From contig JBPCLO010000007.1 in NCBI GenBank assembly GCA_051003155.1, positions 1 through 35,823 of the forward strand: a stretch of DNA of 35,823 nucleotides, in the 5' to 3' direction. Below the pieces are notes generated by a model. That model made no database searches, had not been told where the DNA came from, and worked only from the letters and a program-made list of their open reading frames with translations. Made by a program: the position numbers and the translations under genes. The stretch is from Fimbriimonadales bacterium. Its GTDB lineage: Bacteria; Armatimonadota; Fimbriimonadia; Fimbriimonadales; ATM1. Position 1 is the first letter of the stretch. Every line of letters begins with the position of its first letter. Shown here one piece after another: positions 17,378 to 27,800 of this stretch.

Positions 17378-20293
17378 ATGCAGCAACTGACAAACACGCA
17401 AGGTTCCGAACTAAAGCGATCCCGGGGTCAAACCCTGGTTATCGTTCTAATCATCCTCTTTGTTCTCGTGACATTGGGGTTTGTGGTCGTGCTAGTCGTC
17501 GGCCGCGAGCTCGGCTCGACAGGGATCGCACGCGAAAGGAACGTGTCCAACGACCTCGCCCAGGCAGGAGTTCGGTACGCATATTCGCAGTTGCGGTTTT
17601 CGGAGGACGGCGCCGACTGGCGTCCGCAACCCCCGCTGCCTGTGCCCGCAGACGTCGATCCCACCCGACCTCCCGGCCTCGGGCCGAACTCCGACCCGGA
17701 AAACCCTACCGCGACAAATCCTGATCCCGACTATTTCTGGCTGCGACGACAGAGGGATCCGATCGCAAATAACCCACTGGACAAGGGCGGCCCGGACGGA
17801 CTCGGTGCTTACACCCGGCTGAACTACCAAGACGGCCGATCCCTCGCCCGCGTTCGCTACTCGCCGAGCGGCCAAGAGATGTTCGAGCAGGGCGGCGCGA
17901 TCAACAACCGTGGCAAGCTGCGGGCATACACGATTATCGACGTTGCTGGACGGCCGGGCGCCTTCAACTCGCTCGATCCTACGAGCACCAAAGAACCGAA
18001 CAACCAGAATGTTCGCGAACTGACGGCGATCGTCCCGATCGGCATTATCGAGTCCGCGTGGTATGTGACCAATAAGGACGAGCGCAATCAACCAGTCGAT
18101 ATCGGCAACCCGGTCGACTTTGGAGCCAACTACTTGGGGAACACTGTTAGGGTCAAGAGGGTCTTGGGCGGCGACCCTGCTCCCAGTCCTGGCGGCATCA
18201 TCCGAACGCTCGGCGCTCCGCTCTATTTCAACGCGGACGTTCTTGCTCATGGCAACGTTCAGGATCGAAATGGCGCCTCCGGCCTCGACGTTTATCTGAA
18301 CGCCGAATTGGGGGACCAGATCAGCATCACCGGTAGCCTAACTTTCCAGGAATCGACGACGCCTCTCAGGATTTTCCGTGCGGCCGGCACTGCGCTCACT
18401 CCCTTTTTCCCGGTCCCGAGCGCCGACGCGACGTTTAGCACCTTCCGCGGAGTTTTGCGAGACGGGCGCGAGCAAGCCGACCCTTCGGGTTTCCCGAGGC
18501 TCGCGCAACGCAAAGAGCCTCCGATCATCGATGAAGACGACCCCAACACGAACCGAATGCGCTACAGGCTTGCGACCCGCGACAGCGGCAGCGTCGGCCC
18601 CGGCGGGTTCAACATCGGGCGACTCGGCTTTGGCCGTGGTGTGTATGTGGGCAACCGTGGCGACCTGAACCGCGATTCGGAGGACGGCAGCTATTCCCAA
18701 CGGTATGACTGGCTGAATCCGAACAAGCACCCGGACGGCTTCTGGCAAGGACCGTATTACATCCCGCCCGCAGCACACATCTCGCTTAAGCCCGATGGCT
18801 TCGAGATTACGCGCAATCTTAAGAACAACCGCGACACGTGGAGGAATTATTCGGGCGGCGATGCGGCCAGGCATTCGCTCAGATTCAAGCTCGGCTTCGG
18901 CTCCGGCCCGACCGACTTGCGGATCATCAACGAATTGACGCCCGGCATCACCAGCTTCGGCAACCCGACTCAGGGGGACTTCCTGCTCGGCATGGCCTTC
19001 AATGGGATCATCTTCGCCGAAGGCAATATCCGGATTCGCGGCGTGATTCCTGCACTCAGCAGCGGCTTGACCGTCCGCGGTGTTCAACTGACAATCGTGT
19101 CGCTTGGTACAGGCTATATCGAGGGGAGCATCATCAAGGGCGCGCCTACCTCGAGCCTGGCGCTGCTCTGTCGCGACAACGTGGCTTTGAACACCAGTCA
19201 GTTCGTGGGGTCGGCGCTTACCAATACTTTGCAGGTCGTTCGTGACAACACCGACCCGACGAGCCCGGCCCGACTCAAAGTGGACGCCGGTCACAACTTC
19301 GACGCACTCATCCAGTTTCCGGTCGACCCGCTAACGGGACAGCCATTTGTGACGTCTTACACGTTCAACAACCCGAACTCCGGAGGGGGCAATCCGGTCA
19401 ACACTTCGATCTTCATGGCTCACGCCGCGGACTTCGACCGCAACACGTTTATCAATTTGCTCCTGAACCCCGGCCGAGGCGCTACACCTGAGTTCATGTT
19501 CGAGAATATGAACCCGCCGAATGCAGCTTCGCAGTTCTTCCCCCCCGGGCCGACGATCCCGACATACGGGCTTGCGGACCCCGCGTTCCAAGTACTGCCG
19601 GTTTACGAAAAGCGTCGCTTCGAAATTTTCCCGTTGAGCGGGGCTTATCAACTCTTCGGTGGTGGGACCGATAACGTGTTCCGTTTCAAGACCGACAACA
19701 CCATTGCTGTTCCTGGCCGCGGTGACTATTTCTTTAGCCGCTTGGCGGTCCAGCCGCTCGATGTCCGGATCGAGGCCGCCGTGTATGCGCAGGAAGGCAG
19801 CTTCTTTGTGATCCCAGGGCCTTGGGCGAATCCGAACCCGAACGACCGGCGAGATAGCTTTACAAATGCTTCGGATCGGTTCACGACGTATCAGGCCGCG
19901 GCAGAGTATCCGTTCTACGGCGAGCCGGTAGACGTAAGAATAACAGTGGTCGGCAGCGTTAGCGAGAATTTCCCCCCTGTGATGGCGGACCAATCCGCGT
20001 GGCTCCGCAACTGGGGATGGATACCCGCCGAGTATGGCGAGTCGGGTCAATACGTCCCTGATCAACACTTCCCGCGGATACCGGGTTCGACCCAGCCGGA
20101 TTTCTCGAACAGCAGATACGTGCCCAACCTTTACATCAACTACGACCCTGTGCTCGTGTCCGGGAGGGTCGGCGGTTCGTTCGACCCCGCTGCGGCGATC
20201 ATACGCACCGACACCTACGGCAGGCCGCTTCCACCCATGCCGAAGCTGCCGGTCGGCACTAAATTGCTCTACTTTGGAGAGGTGAACCCGTGA
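17378..20293 (+). CDS. Giant PilX/GspK-like pilin with a probable beta-solenoid region (~971 aa)
   Basis: KRSRG|QTLVIVLIILFVLVTLGFVV lacks Glu5 (PilX/GspK hallmark), followed by LAQAGVRYA. Later beta-helix-like rungs (GIIFAEGNIRIRG, LTIVSLGTGYIEGSI, LALLCRDNVALN, IEAAVYAQEGSF, ITVVGSVSEN) and a YINYDP..LPPMP end. ATG 17378 preferred over TTG 17363. Confidence 0.8.
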   Translation: MQQLTNTQGSELKRSRGQTLVIVLIILFVLVTLGFVVVLVVGRELGSTGIARERNVSNDLAQAGVRYAYSQLRFSEDGADWRPQPPLPVPADVDPTRPPGLGPNSDPENPTATNPDPDYFWLRRQRDPIANNPLDKGGPDGLGAYTRLNYQDGRSLARVRYSPSGQEMFEQGGAINNRGKLRAYTIIDVAGRPGAFNSLDPTSTKEPNNQNVRELTAIVPIGIIESAWYVTNKDERNQPVDIGNPVDFGANYLGNTVRVKRVLGGDPAPSPGGIIRTLGAPLYFNADVLAHGNVQDRNGASGLDVYLNAELGDQISITGSLTFQESTTPLRIFRAAGTALTPFFPVPSADATFSTFRGVLRDGREQADPSGFPRLAQRKEPPIIDEDDPNTNRMRYRLATRDSGSVGPGGFNIGRLGFGRGVYVGNRGDLNRDSEDGSYSQRYDWLNPNKHPDGFWQGPYYIPPAAHISLKPDGFEITRNLKNNRDTWRNYSGGDAARHSLRFKLGFGSGPTDLRIINELTPGITSFGNPTQGDFLLGMAFNGIIFAEGNIRIRGVIPALSSGLTVRGVQLTIVSLGTGYIEGSIIKGAPTSSLALLCRDNVALNTSQFVGSALTNTLQVVRDNTDPTSPARLKVDAGHNFDALIQFPVDPLTGQPFVTSYTFNNPNSGGGNPVNTSIFMAHAADFDRNTFINLLLNPGRGATPEFMFENMNPPNAASQFFPPGPTIPTYGLADPAFQVLPVYEKRRFEIFPLSGAYQLFGGGTDNVFRFKTDNTIAVPGRGDYFFSRLAVQPLDVRIEAAVYAQEGSFFVIPGPWANPNPNDRRDSFTNASDRFTTYQAAAEYPFYGEPVDVRITVVGSVSENFPPVMADQSAWLRNWGWIPAEYGESGQYVPDQHFPRIPGSTQPDFSNSRYVPNLYINYDPVLVSGRVGGSFDPAAAIIRTDTYGRPLPPMPKLPVGTKLLYFGEVNP

Positions 20294-23200
20294 GGAGCTT
20301 TCTGAAACCTGTTATAACACTTGCCGTCGTTTCGGCTGGACTGTGCTTGGCCCAGGCGCAGCCGACTGGTTACGCAAGGGCCCCTGTCACGATCAAGTGC
20401 GGCGTCCTTTTGCTTCCCAACCCAAGCGGGGGAGAGCCTACGAACGCCGACCCCTACGTGTTCTTCAATCTCGAGAGGCGAACGGATGTTAAGCCCGCGA
20501 GCTGGGTTTTTGTTAATCCGCACGGAGGATCCACCTTTACGAGGCGGCAAGCCGGTCGGTGGAATACCCTCACCGGAACCACGAGTTTCAGCGCGGGCAC
20601 CAGGCTAAGCAAGAACATGGCAGCTTATTGGGAGGTCGAGCTGTCACAGGTTGCTAGCGTCGCCGACTATGACGTCTTGATGGTTCACGCTCCCGGCGGC
20701 ATTAGTCTGAACACCGCAGAACGCGACAAGCTCCAAGCGTTTATCGATGCGGGCGGCACGCTTTGGTTCGACAAGTCCTTCACGCAGTTCGTCGATGGAT
20801 TCAACGGTTTTCCGGTTCCGTTTACGACCCTCGCGACGGGAGCCAATCCCCAGGTCGTACAGCCGTTCCATCCAATCCTGAATTACCCGTTCTCGCTCGG
20901 CTACTTCGCAGCAGCGTACATGGGCAGCCACAACGGTGGACACGCGATCGTGCGCCAGACGCTGGCGAGCATTGGTCTCGGCAACTTCGGCGACATTGTA
21001 CAAACGATGGAACCCGACTTCTATAGGTTGAATCCGATCATCGCGAACACCTCCGGCATTTCGCTCGGTGTGGCGGAGCTCGGCAACGGGCATTTCGTCG
21101 TTTCGAGCGGGAATATCTCTTCGCGGATCAACGAGCCTGCAGGCGGCACCGACATAGGGCTTGGACGTAACAGCGGGCCCGTCGCCGGCACCAACTTCGG
21201 CGCGATCCCCATGACGGAACTGAAGTTCATGTACAACATGATCGCCCTTTCGGGCGGGCACCCGGCGCTCTCGAAAGGCAGCCGTCGTCACAATGCCAGC
21301 TTCGACGAGATCGGCGCGCCGCTCCTCCAAACTTGGAGCGACCCCACGCTCAACCTGGACCAAGGCGATGACACCAATTACTTCCCGCCGGTCGTCTACA
21401 AAGGCTTGGTCTTCGTGGCCGACGGGAACACTCTTTACGCCTACAAGGCCGACCCGAACCGCGACCTCGACAATGACGGATGGAATGACGACGGCTTCCA
21501 AGACGCCAGCGGCGGCGCCAAGGCCGACCTCGTATGGCGAAGCGGGCGTCTCAACGGCCCCCTGAGTTCGCCGATCTGCCTCGAAGTAGCTAATCCAGTT
21601 AGGGGCATTCCCCGCGATCAGGTTTGCGTGTTGGATGGCACCGGGACCCTGGTCGTTTTTAATGCCTTGCCGAAAGACCCGCAGGGAAGGTTGCTCGGAG
21701 CGGCGCCAATCGCTCCTGTGGGCACGGTCGTCCCTCCGAGCCCGCCTGTACTCGACACCGGCAGTCCAAACCGTGGCCCGTACACTCCCGTGGCCTTCGA
21801 AGGCATCGTTTATGTGTACGACGCGTATCCTAACGCCAACGGCCAGATAAACGGCCGTGTCTGGGCCGTTGACTCAACGGCGATCGCCCCGGTGCAAACA
21901 GGTGGGAATCGCTGGAACGCGGCAGGGGTCGGCGGCCCCAATATTCCGGACCCGGGCGGTGCGCCGACGGTAGGTTATATCCCCATCGCTGATGGCGGGG
22001 GCGGCCTAGATGCCGTAATGTATGTTCCGAATCGCGCGTCGCTCACGGGCAATGCGGCGGGCATCACGAGCCTTTGGATCGGCGCGAAAGGTGAATCGCC
22101 TTCGGTTGCTCGCGTTGCCGGCTCGATCACGGTCGTAACCCGCGCCGCAGGCAAAGGACTGAGCCTTTTCATGCAACCGCAGTCGAGCCTGGGAATTCGA
22201 ATTTACTTGGTGGACGATAACGCGAACGGCCGGCCGCTCACCCCCGCCGAAACGGCGACATACCTTGCCGGAACGGCGACGCAGAATAACCCTGGGCAAC
22301 TTACCGTTGATATGCAGGGCAATCAAACGCTGCCTGCCAACATCGGTGTCCGCATCGATTATCACATCGACTGGGGCACGGGTGCGCCGAACCTTGTCTC
22401 TCAACTGATCCGTGGCCAGCTCTTCATGCCTGAGGACATCAACAGGCGGCGGCACGTGGTCAAGTCGATGGCTCTGGCCCCGAACGGCAACCTGTTCGTA
22501 ATTGCCAACAACGAGTCCGGCCTCGACGGCGGCACACTGTTTTGCATCAGGGAGTTCAGTCGCGGCCAATTCAATCTGGTTTATCGCTGGGACCTCTACG
22601 ATCGGCTTCGCATCACTTTGAACGGTACCCAGACGGTCGATTTGGAGCCTCCCATCGTCGACATGGATTACCTGGTCACGAATATGGTGCCCTTCCTCAA
22701 TCGAAGGATGACCCGCCTACACTTCCACGGCAGCCCGACCGTTATCGGCGACGTTTGCTACGTCACAGTTGCCGGAGATAAGGAGGCGGTCGGCAGGCCT
22801 CGTGTCACCGTGCTCATGGCTTTCGACGCTAACCCGAGTCATACGGATGTTCGGCTCGGCGTTCCGATTCCGTCCGGGTTTCGGATGCGCCAGCCCGATG
22901 TTGCAGCAAGCAGCAATAAGGGAGCGCCGGAGCGCTACGTCAGTCTGCAGGCGAACCAGGCCGAACAGCAGACCCAGAACGGTGTCATCCGGTTCGAGAA
23001 CATGATGCAGAACACCGGCGGCGACATGCGGAACGCGTTCAGCACGTCGCTACCCGTGATCGTGGGCGGCGCCGGCCAACCCGAGACAATTCTCGACCCC
23101 GACGCAACCGGTTCGAAGTGGAGCCCAGTCCTTTGGTATTTCGTTGCGAACGGCTACGTGAACGATAGCCCGGCTCTTGTAATGGGCAACACGGTCTATA

Positions 23201-24813
23201 TGGCGGGCGGCAACATCATGCCCGACCTCTTCGCGGGCCTTCCGCCACGGGAGCGCCCGGCGATGTTTGCGCTCGACGCCGTCATACCGCCGAACGATCC
23301 TTCGATACTCACGATTCCGGGACGCCCTGGTCTCAAGCAGCTCAGATGGCTTTATCCGGACCCTTCGTCGCCCATCGGTTTCAAAAGCAACCCCCACGTT
23401 CGGTGGCCCTCCGGCGAGGGCGTGCAGTCGTTCAACGACTTCCTCATTCGTTTGAATTCGACGTTGCTTGACGGCAGCGTCGACAACCTGGCATTGGGCG
23501 TGGTGGGCGGCGACGGCACCGTCGTTGCCTGGGCTCAGAACGGCCTCTTCGGATTCAAGCGAGGCACAACCGTTGTTGCCGATGAGGGACGCATTATCGA
23601 GGTCGACCCGAGCGGATTCGTTCAGTGGACGTCTGACCTTTCTTACCAATTTGCCCAAGACGTCGACACGACGCTCGTTCAGTCGAAGAAGCTTGTCAGG
23701 CCGACCAAGATATACAAGACCGCCGACAGCGAATACTTAATAGTCGACACGGGCGGCGACCGGATCGCGCGAATCGACAAGGGCGCCGGCGAAGTCCGGA
23801 CTATCGAACAACTCTCGCTAGACGCGACCTACCGGCCCGATGGATGGAACGAGGGCTCGGAATCGCAGCTGAGACAGCCCCGGGATGTTGCAACGTGGAG
23901 CGATTTCGTTCCGGCGGCGAACAACCGGCTCACGAGTCCCAGGCAACTTGAGCATTGGGTGCACTACTTGATCGCAGACACGGGCAATCGCCGGATGATC
24001 GAGGTTGTCGATCGTTACGAGGCCAATCCTACGACTTTTGCGGTCGGCAACGTGGTCCGTGCGGCAAATGGCGACCCGCAGGTAGGCAAGCTAATCTGGC
24101 ACACGCCTCAAGAATTGAGTGGAAAGACTTGGCAATACACGGCGGTCCAACGCTTCCAGGTGGGCGTGGACGGCAACAACAACGCCCAGTTCGTTTACAT
24201 CACGGCTGTGGGAGACATGCTTCCGACCCGGGTGAATCTGGGCCTCGACCCTCCGGGGAGTACGAACCCGCGCGAGTCGGGTGGCGGCGGCGGGGGCCTT
24301 GTCATATTCGACAGCGTCACGCCAGCCGGCGACCAGGTCATCAACGAGATTTTCGTTAACGGCGTTCGCAAAGTGCTGACGGCGATCAATAGCGTTTCTG
24401 TGAGGCCTGTCGCGTACGCCAACGGGATCGTCGACTACGCGATTATGTTTACGGATGCCTCGGGCGTATACGAAATCGCCCGCGCCGGGAACCAGTGGAA
24501 CGTGATTTGGATGATGCCGAACAATGTCTACGAGAACGTGCGAAACGTCAAGTTGAGGGCGGTTGCTGCGAAGCGCCTGTCCGGCAGTGACGTGCTGATT
24601 ACGAACGCGTACTACGGTCAGACGAATCCGATTACGGGCCCGCCGAATATCCCGGCTCGTGACTTCTTCGGCGAGGTAACCCAGTGGAGGAGCGACGCGT
24701 TCAACATTTTGTTGCCGAACTTCGGCTTTAGCAATTCGAGCATCAAGTTCGAGCTCCCACCCGTAGTAGGCTCCCGTGGGCTTCGGAGCCCTCAATTTGC
24801 CGATAGGCTTTGA
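20290..24813 (+). CDS. Large secreted beta-propeller protein at the PilY1 position (1507 aa)
   Basis: Sec signal (MRSFLKPVITLAVVSAGLCLAQA); DUF4159-like segment (YDVLMVH..LNTAERDKLQAFIDAGGTLWFD); PQQ-like blades (PPVVYKGLVFVADGNTLYAY; SPTVIGDVCYV; SPALVMGNTVYMAG); DLDNDGWND loop; NHL-like repeats (IVDTGGDRIARID, IADTGNRRMIEV). GTGA overlap with the upstream stop. Confidence 0.8.
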   Translation: MRSFLKPVITLAVVSAGLCLAQAQPTGYARAPVTIKCGVLLLPNPSGGEPTNADPYVFFNLERRTDVKPASWVFVNPHGGSTFTRRQAGRWNTLTGTTSFSAGTRLSKNMAAYWEVELSQVASVADYDVLMVHAPGGISLNTAERDKLQAFIDAGGTLWFDKSFTQFVDGFNGFPVPFTTLATGANPQVVQPFHPILNYPFSLGYFAAAYMGSHNGGHAIVRQTLASIGLGNFGDIVQTMEPDFYRLNPIIANTSGISLGVAELGNGHFVVSSGNISSRINEPAGGTDIGLGRNSGPVAGTNFGAIPMTELKFMYNMIALSGGHPALSKGSRRHNASFDEIGAPLLQTWSDPTLNLDQGDDTNYFPPVVYKGLVFVADGNTLYAYKADPNRDLDNDGWNDDGFQDASGGAKADLVWRSGRLNGPLSSPICLEVANPVRGIPRDQVCVLDGTGTLVVFNALPKDPQGRLLGAAPIAPVGTVVPPSPPVLDTGSPNRGPYTPVAFEGIVYVYDAYPNANGQINGRVWAVDSTAIAPVQTGGNRWNAAGVGGPNIPDPGGAPTVGYIPIADGGGGLDAVMYVPNRASLTGNAAGITSLWIGAKGESPSVARVAGSITVVTRAAGKGLSLFMQPQSSLGIRIYLVDDNANGRPLTPAETATYLAGTATQNNPGQLTVDMQGNQTLPANIGVRIDYHIDWGTGAPNLVSQLIRGQLFMPEDINRRRHVVKSMALAPNGNLFVIANNESGLDGGTLFCIREFSRGQFNLVYRWDLYDRLRITLNGTQTVDLEPPIVDMDYLVTNMVPFLNRRMTRLHFHGSPTVIGDVCYVTVAGDKEAVGRPRVTVLMAFDANPSHTDVRLGVPIPSGFRMRQPDVAASSNKGAPERYVSLQANQAEQQTQNGVIRFENMMQNTGGDMRNAFSTSLPVIVGGAGQPETILDPDATGSKWSPVLWYFVANGYVNDSPALVMGNTVYMAGGNIMPDLFAGLPPRERPAMFALDAVIPPNDPSILTIPGRPGLKQLRWLYPDPSSPIGFKSNPHVRWPSGEGVQSFNDFLIRLNSTLLDGSVDNLALGVVGGDGTVVAWAQNGLFGFKRGTTVVADEGRIIEVDPSGFVQWTSDLSYQFAQDVDTTLVQSKKLVRPTKIYKTADSEYLIVDTGGDRIARIDKGAGEVRTIEQLSLDATYRPDGWNEGSESQLRQPRDVATWSDFVPAANNRLTSPRQLEHWVHYLIADTGNRRMIEVVDRYEANPTTFAVGNVVRAANGDPQVGKLIWHTPQELSGKTWQYTAVQRFQVGVDGNNNAQFVYITAVGDMLPTRVNLGLDPPGSTNPRESGGGGGGLVIFDSVTPAGDQVINEIFVNGVRKVLTAINSVSVRPVAYANGIVDYAIMFTDASGVYEIARAGNQWNVIWMMPNNVYENVRNVKLRAVAAKRLSGSDVLITNAYYGQTNPITGPPNIPARDFFGEVTQWRSDAFNILLPNFGFSNSSIKFELPPVVGSRGLRSPQFADRL

Positions 24814-24815
24814 AA

Positions 24816-27800
24816 ATGAAGAGTGTGACAAGCATGAAGAAATGGATTAGTGGTTTGTTGTTGGTTGGTCTCTGCGCTGCGGGACATGCCCAAATTGATT
24901 GGTCCACCTTTAGGGGTGTCAACACCCGTACCGGCGTGAACGCGAACCCGATAGGGCCGAACCCGCAGAATCCGACCTTGCGTTGGTATTTCCCCTTGCA
25001 AAGCACGCAGGGCATCTTCCAGAACAGCACAGGTCGCCCCGACATTATCGTCGACAACGTCGATCCCGGATACGCCGACATTCCTGGCGACGCTTGGCGC
25101 ACTCCGCTTCCGAACGAAGAGTCACCCGATTTCTTTGCGTCCACCCCCGGTTCGCTTAGCAATCCGTATCGGGTCGCCAATGTCGTTGCGAGCACTTCCG
25201 GAACCGGCGACCCGACCTCTGGGCAGACCGCTTCTGCGACCTGGACGATCGCCGGCCAAACCGACAAGCTCTACCTGGTTCAAGTCTGGTTCCCGAGCAG
25301 CGGTACTTTCAACGGAACGATGCTGACCCCGAATAGCGAATTCGCCGTCTACAAGATTCAATACGGAGACACCGGCGGCACTTTCCGCGAGTTCGTCGAT
25401 ATCGTCCCTCACGTCGGCGGAGGCAGTTGGGTTCGCCTGGGCAACAAACTTGGCCAGGACAAGCGCGTTTTCCGGGCAGGCGACAGCGGTCAAATCCGTG
25501 TCACGCTTTACAACACCGTTCCTCGAGATGAGAACGATGTCCTCATGGGACCCGTTCCGGGGCGCATCGTAGCTGCGGACGCCGTGCGCGCCGTTCCTTC
25601 TCCGGGCCAGATTTTCGGTTCGCCGGTCGTGGCTCAACTCGATCCGCTTGCCGCCGAGGTAGCCGCGTACGTTCCGAGGCTCGAATCGGCCGTCGATCCG
25701 ACCGATCCCACGGGTTCGCTGGAGATCAGCGCTGCTAAGCTGTATGCCCTTGACGCCAAGGGCCCCAACATAGGCAACGAGCGCTGGAGCTGGTCGCCGA
25801 ACTTCCTGACGAATGTCAGCCTGATTTTCGACAATAACGGACCCAATTTCAATGCCGACGCCGCATGGACTACCAGTACGACGTCTCCGGGCTTCTTCGG
25901 ATCCGACTACATGTCGGCGCCGGTTGCGCCGATGGGCTCCGGTGGACGTGCGGCGTGGACACCAAATTTAGTGAACGACGGGTTCTATGATGTCTATGCC
26001 TGGTTCCCGCGCAGCGGGAACGGCGAATTGCACGCGCGCGGAGCGCATTACGTGATCACCGAGAACGGTGTTCAAGTTGACGCATTCGTCAACCAGGATA
26101 CGCAGGGCGGAAACTGGGTGCGAATCGGTGGACGTTCTTTCGAGAACAACGTCCTGCAAGGTGGACTAAGCGTCGAAGTATTCGGCGAAAGCGACAACCT
26201 GGGCGACACGGGCCGCGTGGTCTGTGCGGACGCGATCGCGTTCGTGAAGGATTACTCTGCTGCGTTGTTCTCCACGCCCGCCGTTGCGACCATTAACCTA
26301 CGGCTCAGCGGTGGCACCCTTGCGCCGACCCTCTGCACCTTCGTCGCTGCAGAAGACGGGCGAATTTACTGCTTGGACGCCCGGGGGAACGGCGCCGGCT
26401 CGACAACAGTGTACTGGGCCTATCCTTCGCTTCCTGACACGAACGATCCGAATTGGGTCGATCCCAACGACCCAATCGACGGGCCACCGGGCAACCGAAT
26501 TCCATGGCCGAGCTCGTTCGGCGTGTCTTCGCCGGTCGTTCAGAACGTCGGAGGCAAGGACCTCGTATTCATTGCCGCGCAAAACGGGCGTATCTATGCG
26601 ATCGATGCAACGGGCCGCGGGGACTACGCTCCCAATCGCCCCGGCACCGCTGCACGCGAGTGGACTTGGCCGCGTGCTACCTATAACCAGTCGACCAACA
26701 CTTTGAATGTGGACCCCGCGCGCCTCCCCTTCGTCGCTTCCGTCGCGTTCGACCCGACCGGCAGCCAGATTTTGGCAGGAGGCACCGAGGGCAGGCTTTT
26801 TGCGCTAGACGCCGGTGGGAACGGTGACCGCACGACTGACGAGAATTGGATGTATCCGCTTCTGACGGATCCGGTCATCGGCGCCATCTCCTCGACCCCT
26901 ACGGTCGGTGGCGCAAAAGTGGTCTTCCCTAGCTTCGACGGCCGGGTTTACGCTCGCGACTTGACAGGCGGAAACACCGGCAACTGGGAGTTCCCGGCAG
27001 TAGGACAGACGGCTCTGCAGCCGTTCGAATTCACTTCTGCCGCGTACGTGCCGGCGGCGGAGCTCGGTACGCCGACCGACCTTGTTTACTTCGTCAACGA
27101 TAACGGCAGGATTTATGCGGTCCAGGGTACGGATGGCGTAGTTTCCTGGGAAGCCAACGAAGCCCCAGGCGGCGCTTCGAGTTCGCCGTCCTTTGGCCAC
27201 ATCACGCCTCCGGGAACTACCCTGGCGAACACGCCTGTTATCACGTTCGGCTCGAAGCGAGGTGAGTTTCTTGGCTTCTATGCTCGTCCCGGAACGGGGC
27301 CGGGCAACCAAAACATAGCCGGTGGAAAGCTGGCCTGGGGCTACATGTCCGCCGGCACGAGCGTGTTCGCATCTCCGGCTGTCAGCTATACCACCGACGG
27401 GATTCGCGGATACCTGTTCCACGCTGGGGAGGATGGCTTCCTGTACGCCTTTTCTGAAGGCGGTCTTCTCACCGTGGATCCGGGCTTCATCAACCCGCCC
27501 GGTGGCCAAATCGGTACGCCCGATGATCCTGGCTCAGGCGACTACATCAACCTGAAGCTGAAACTGATTTCAAAAGCCAACCACGATAGCCTTCGTCAAA
27601 CACCGCCAGTCGGCGACCCTGCGGCGATGCCGGACATCTATGCAGGTGCGCCGGTCTTGGAATTCGGCGAGAGAATCTACTTGCTGGCCTACGACTTTCC
27701 GCTCAACGCTCCGGTGCCGCTTATCAGATTTAGATTGACCGGCCCGGGCGGTTTGTCGCTTCAGTACGACAGGCCCGCGCAGCCCGATCCGACCGACCCC

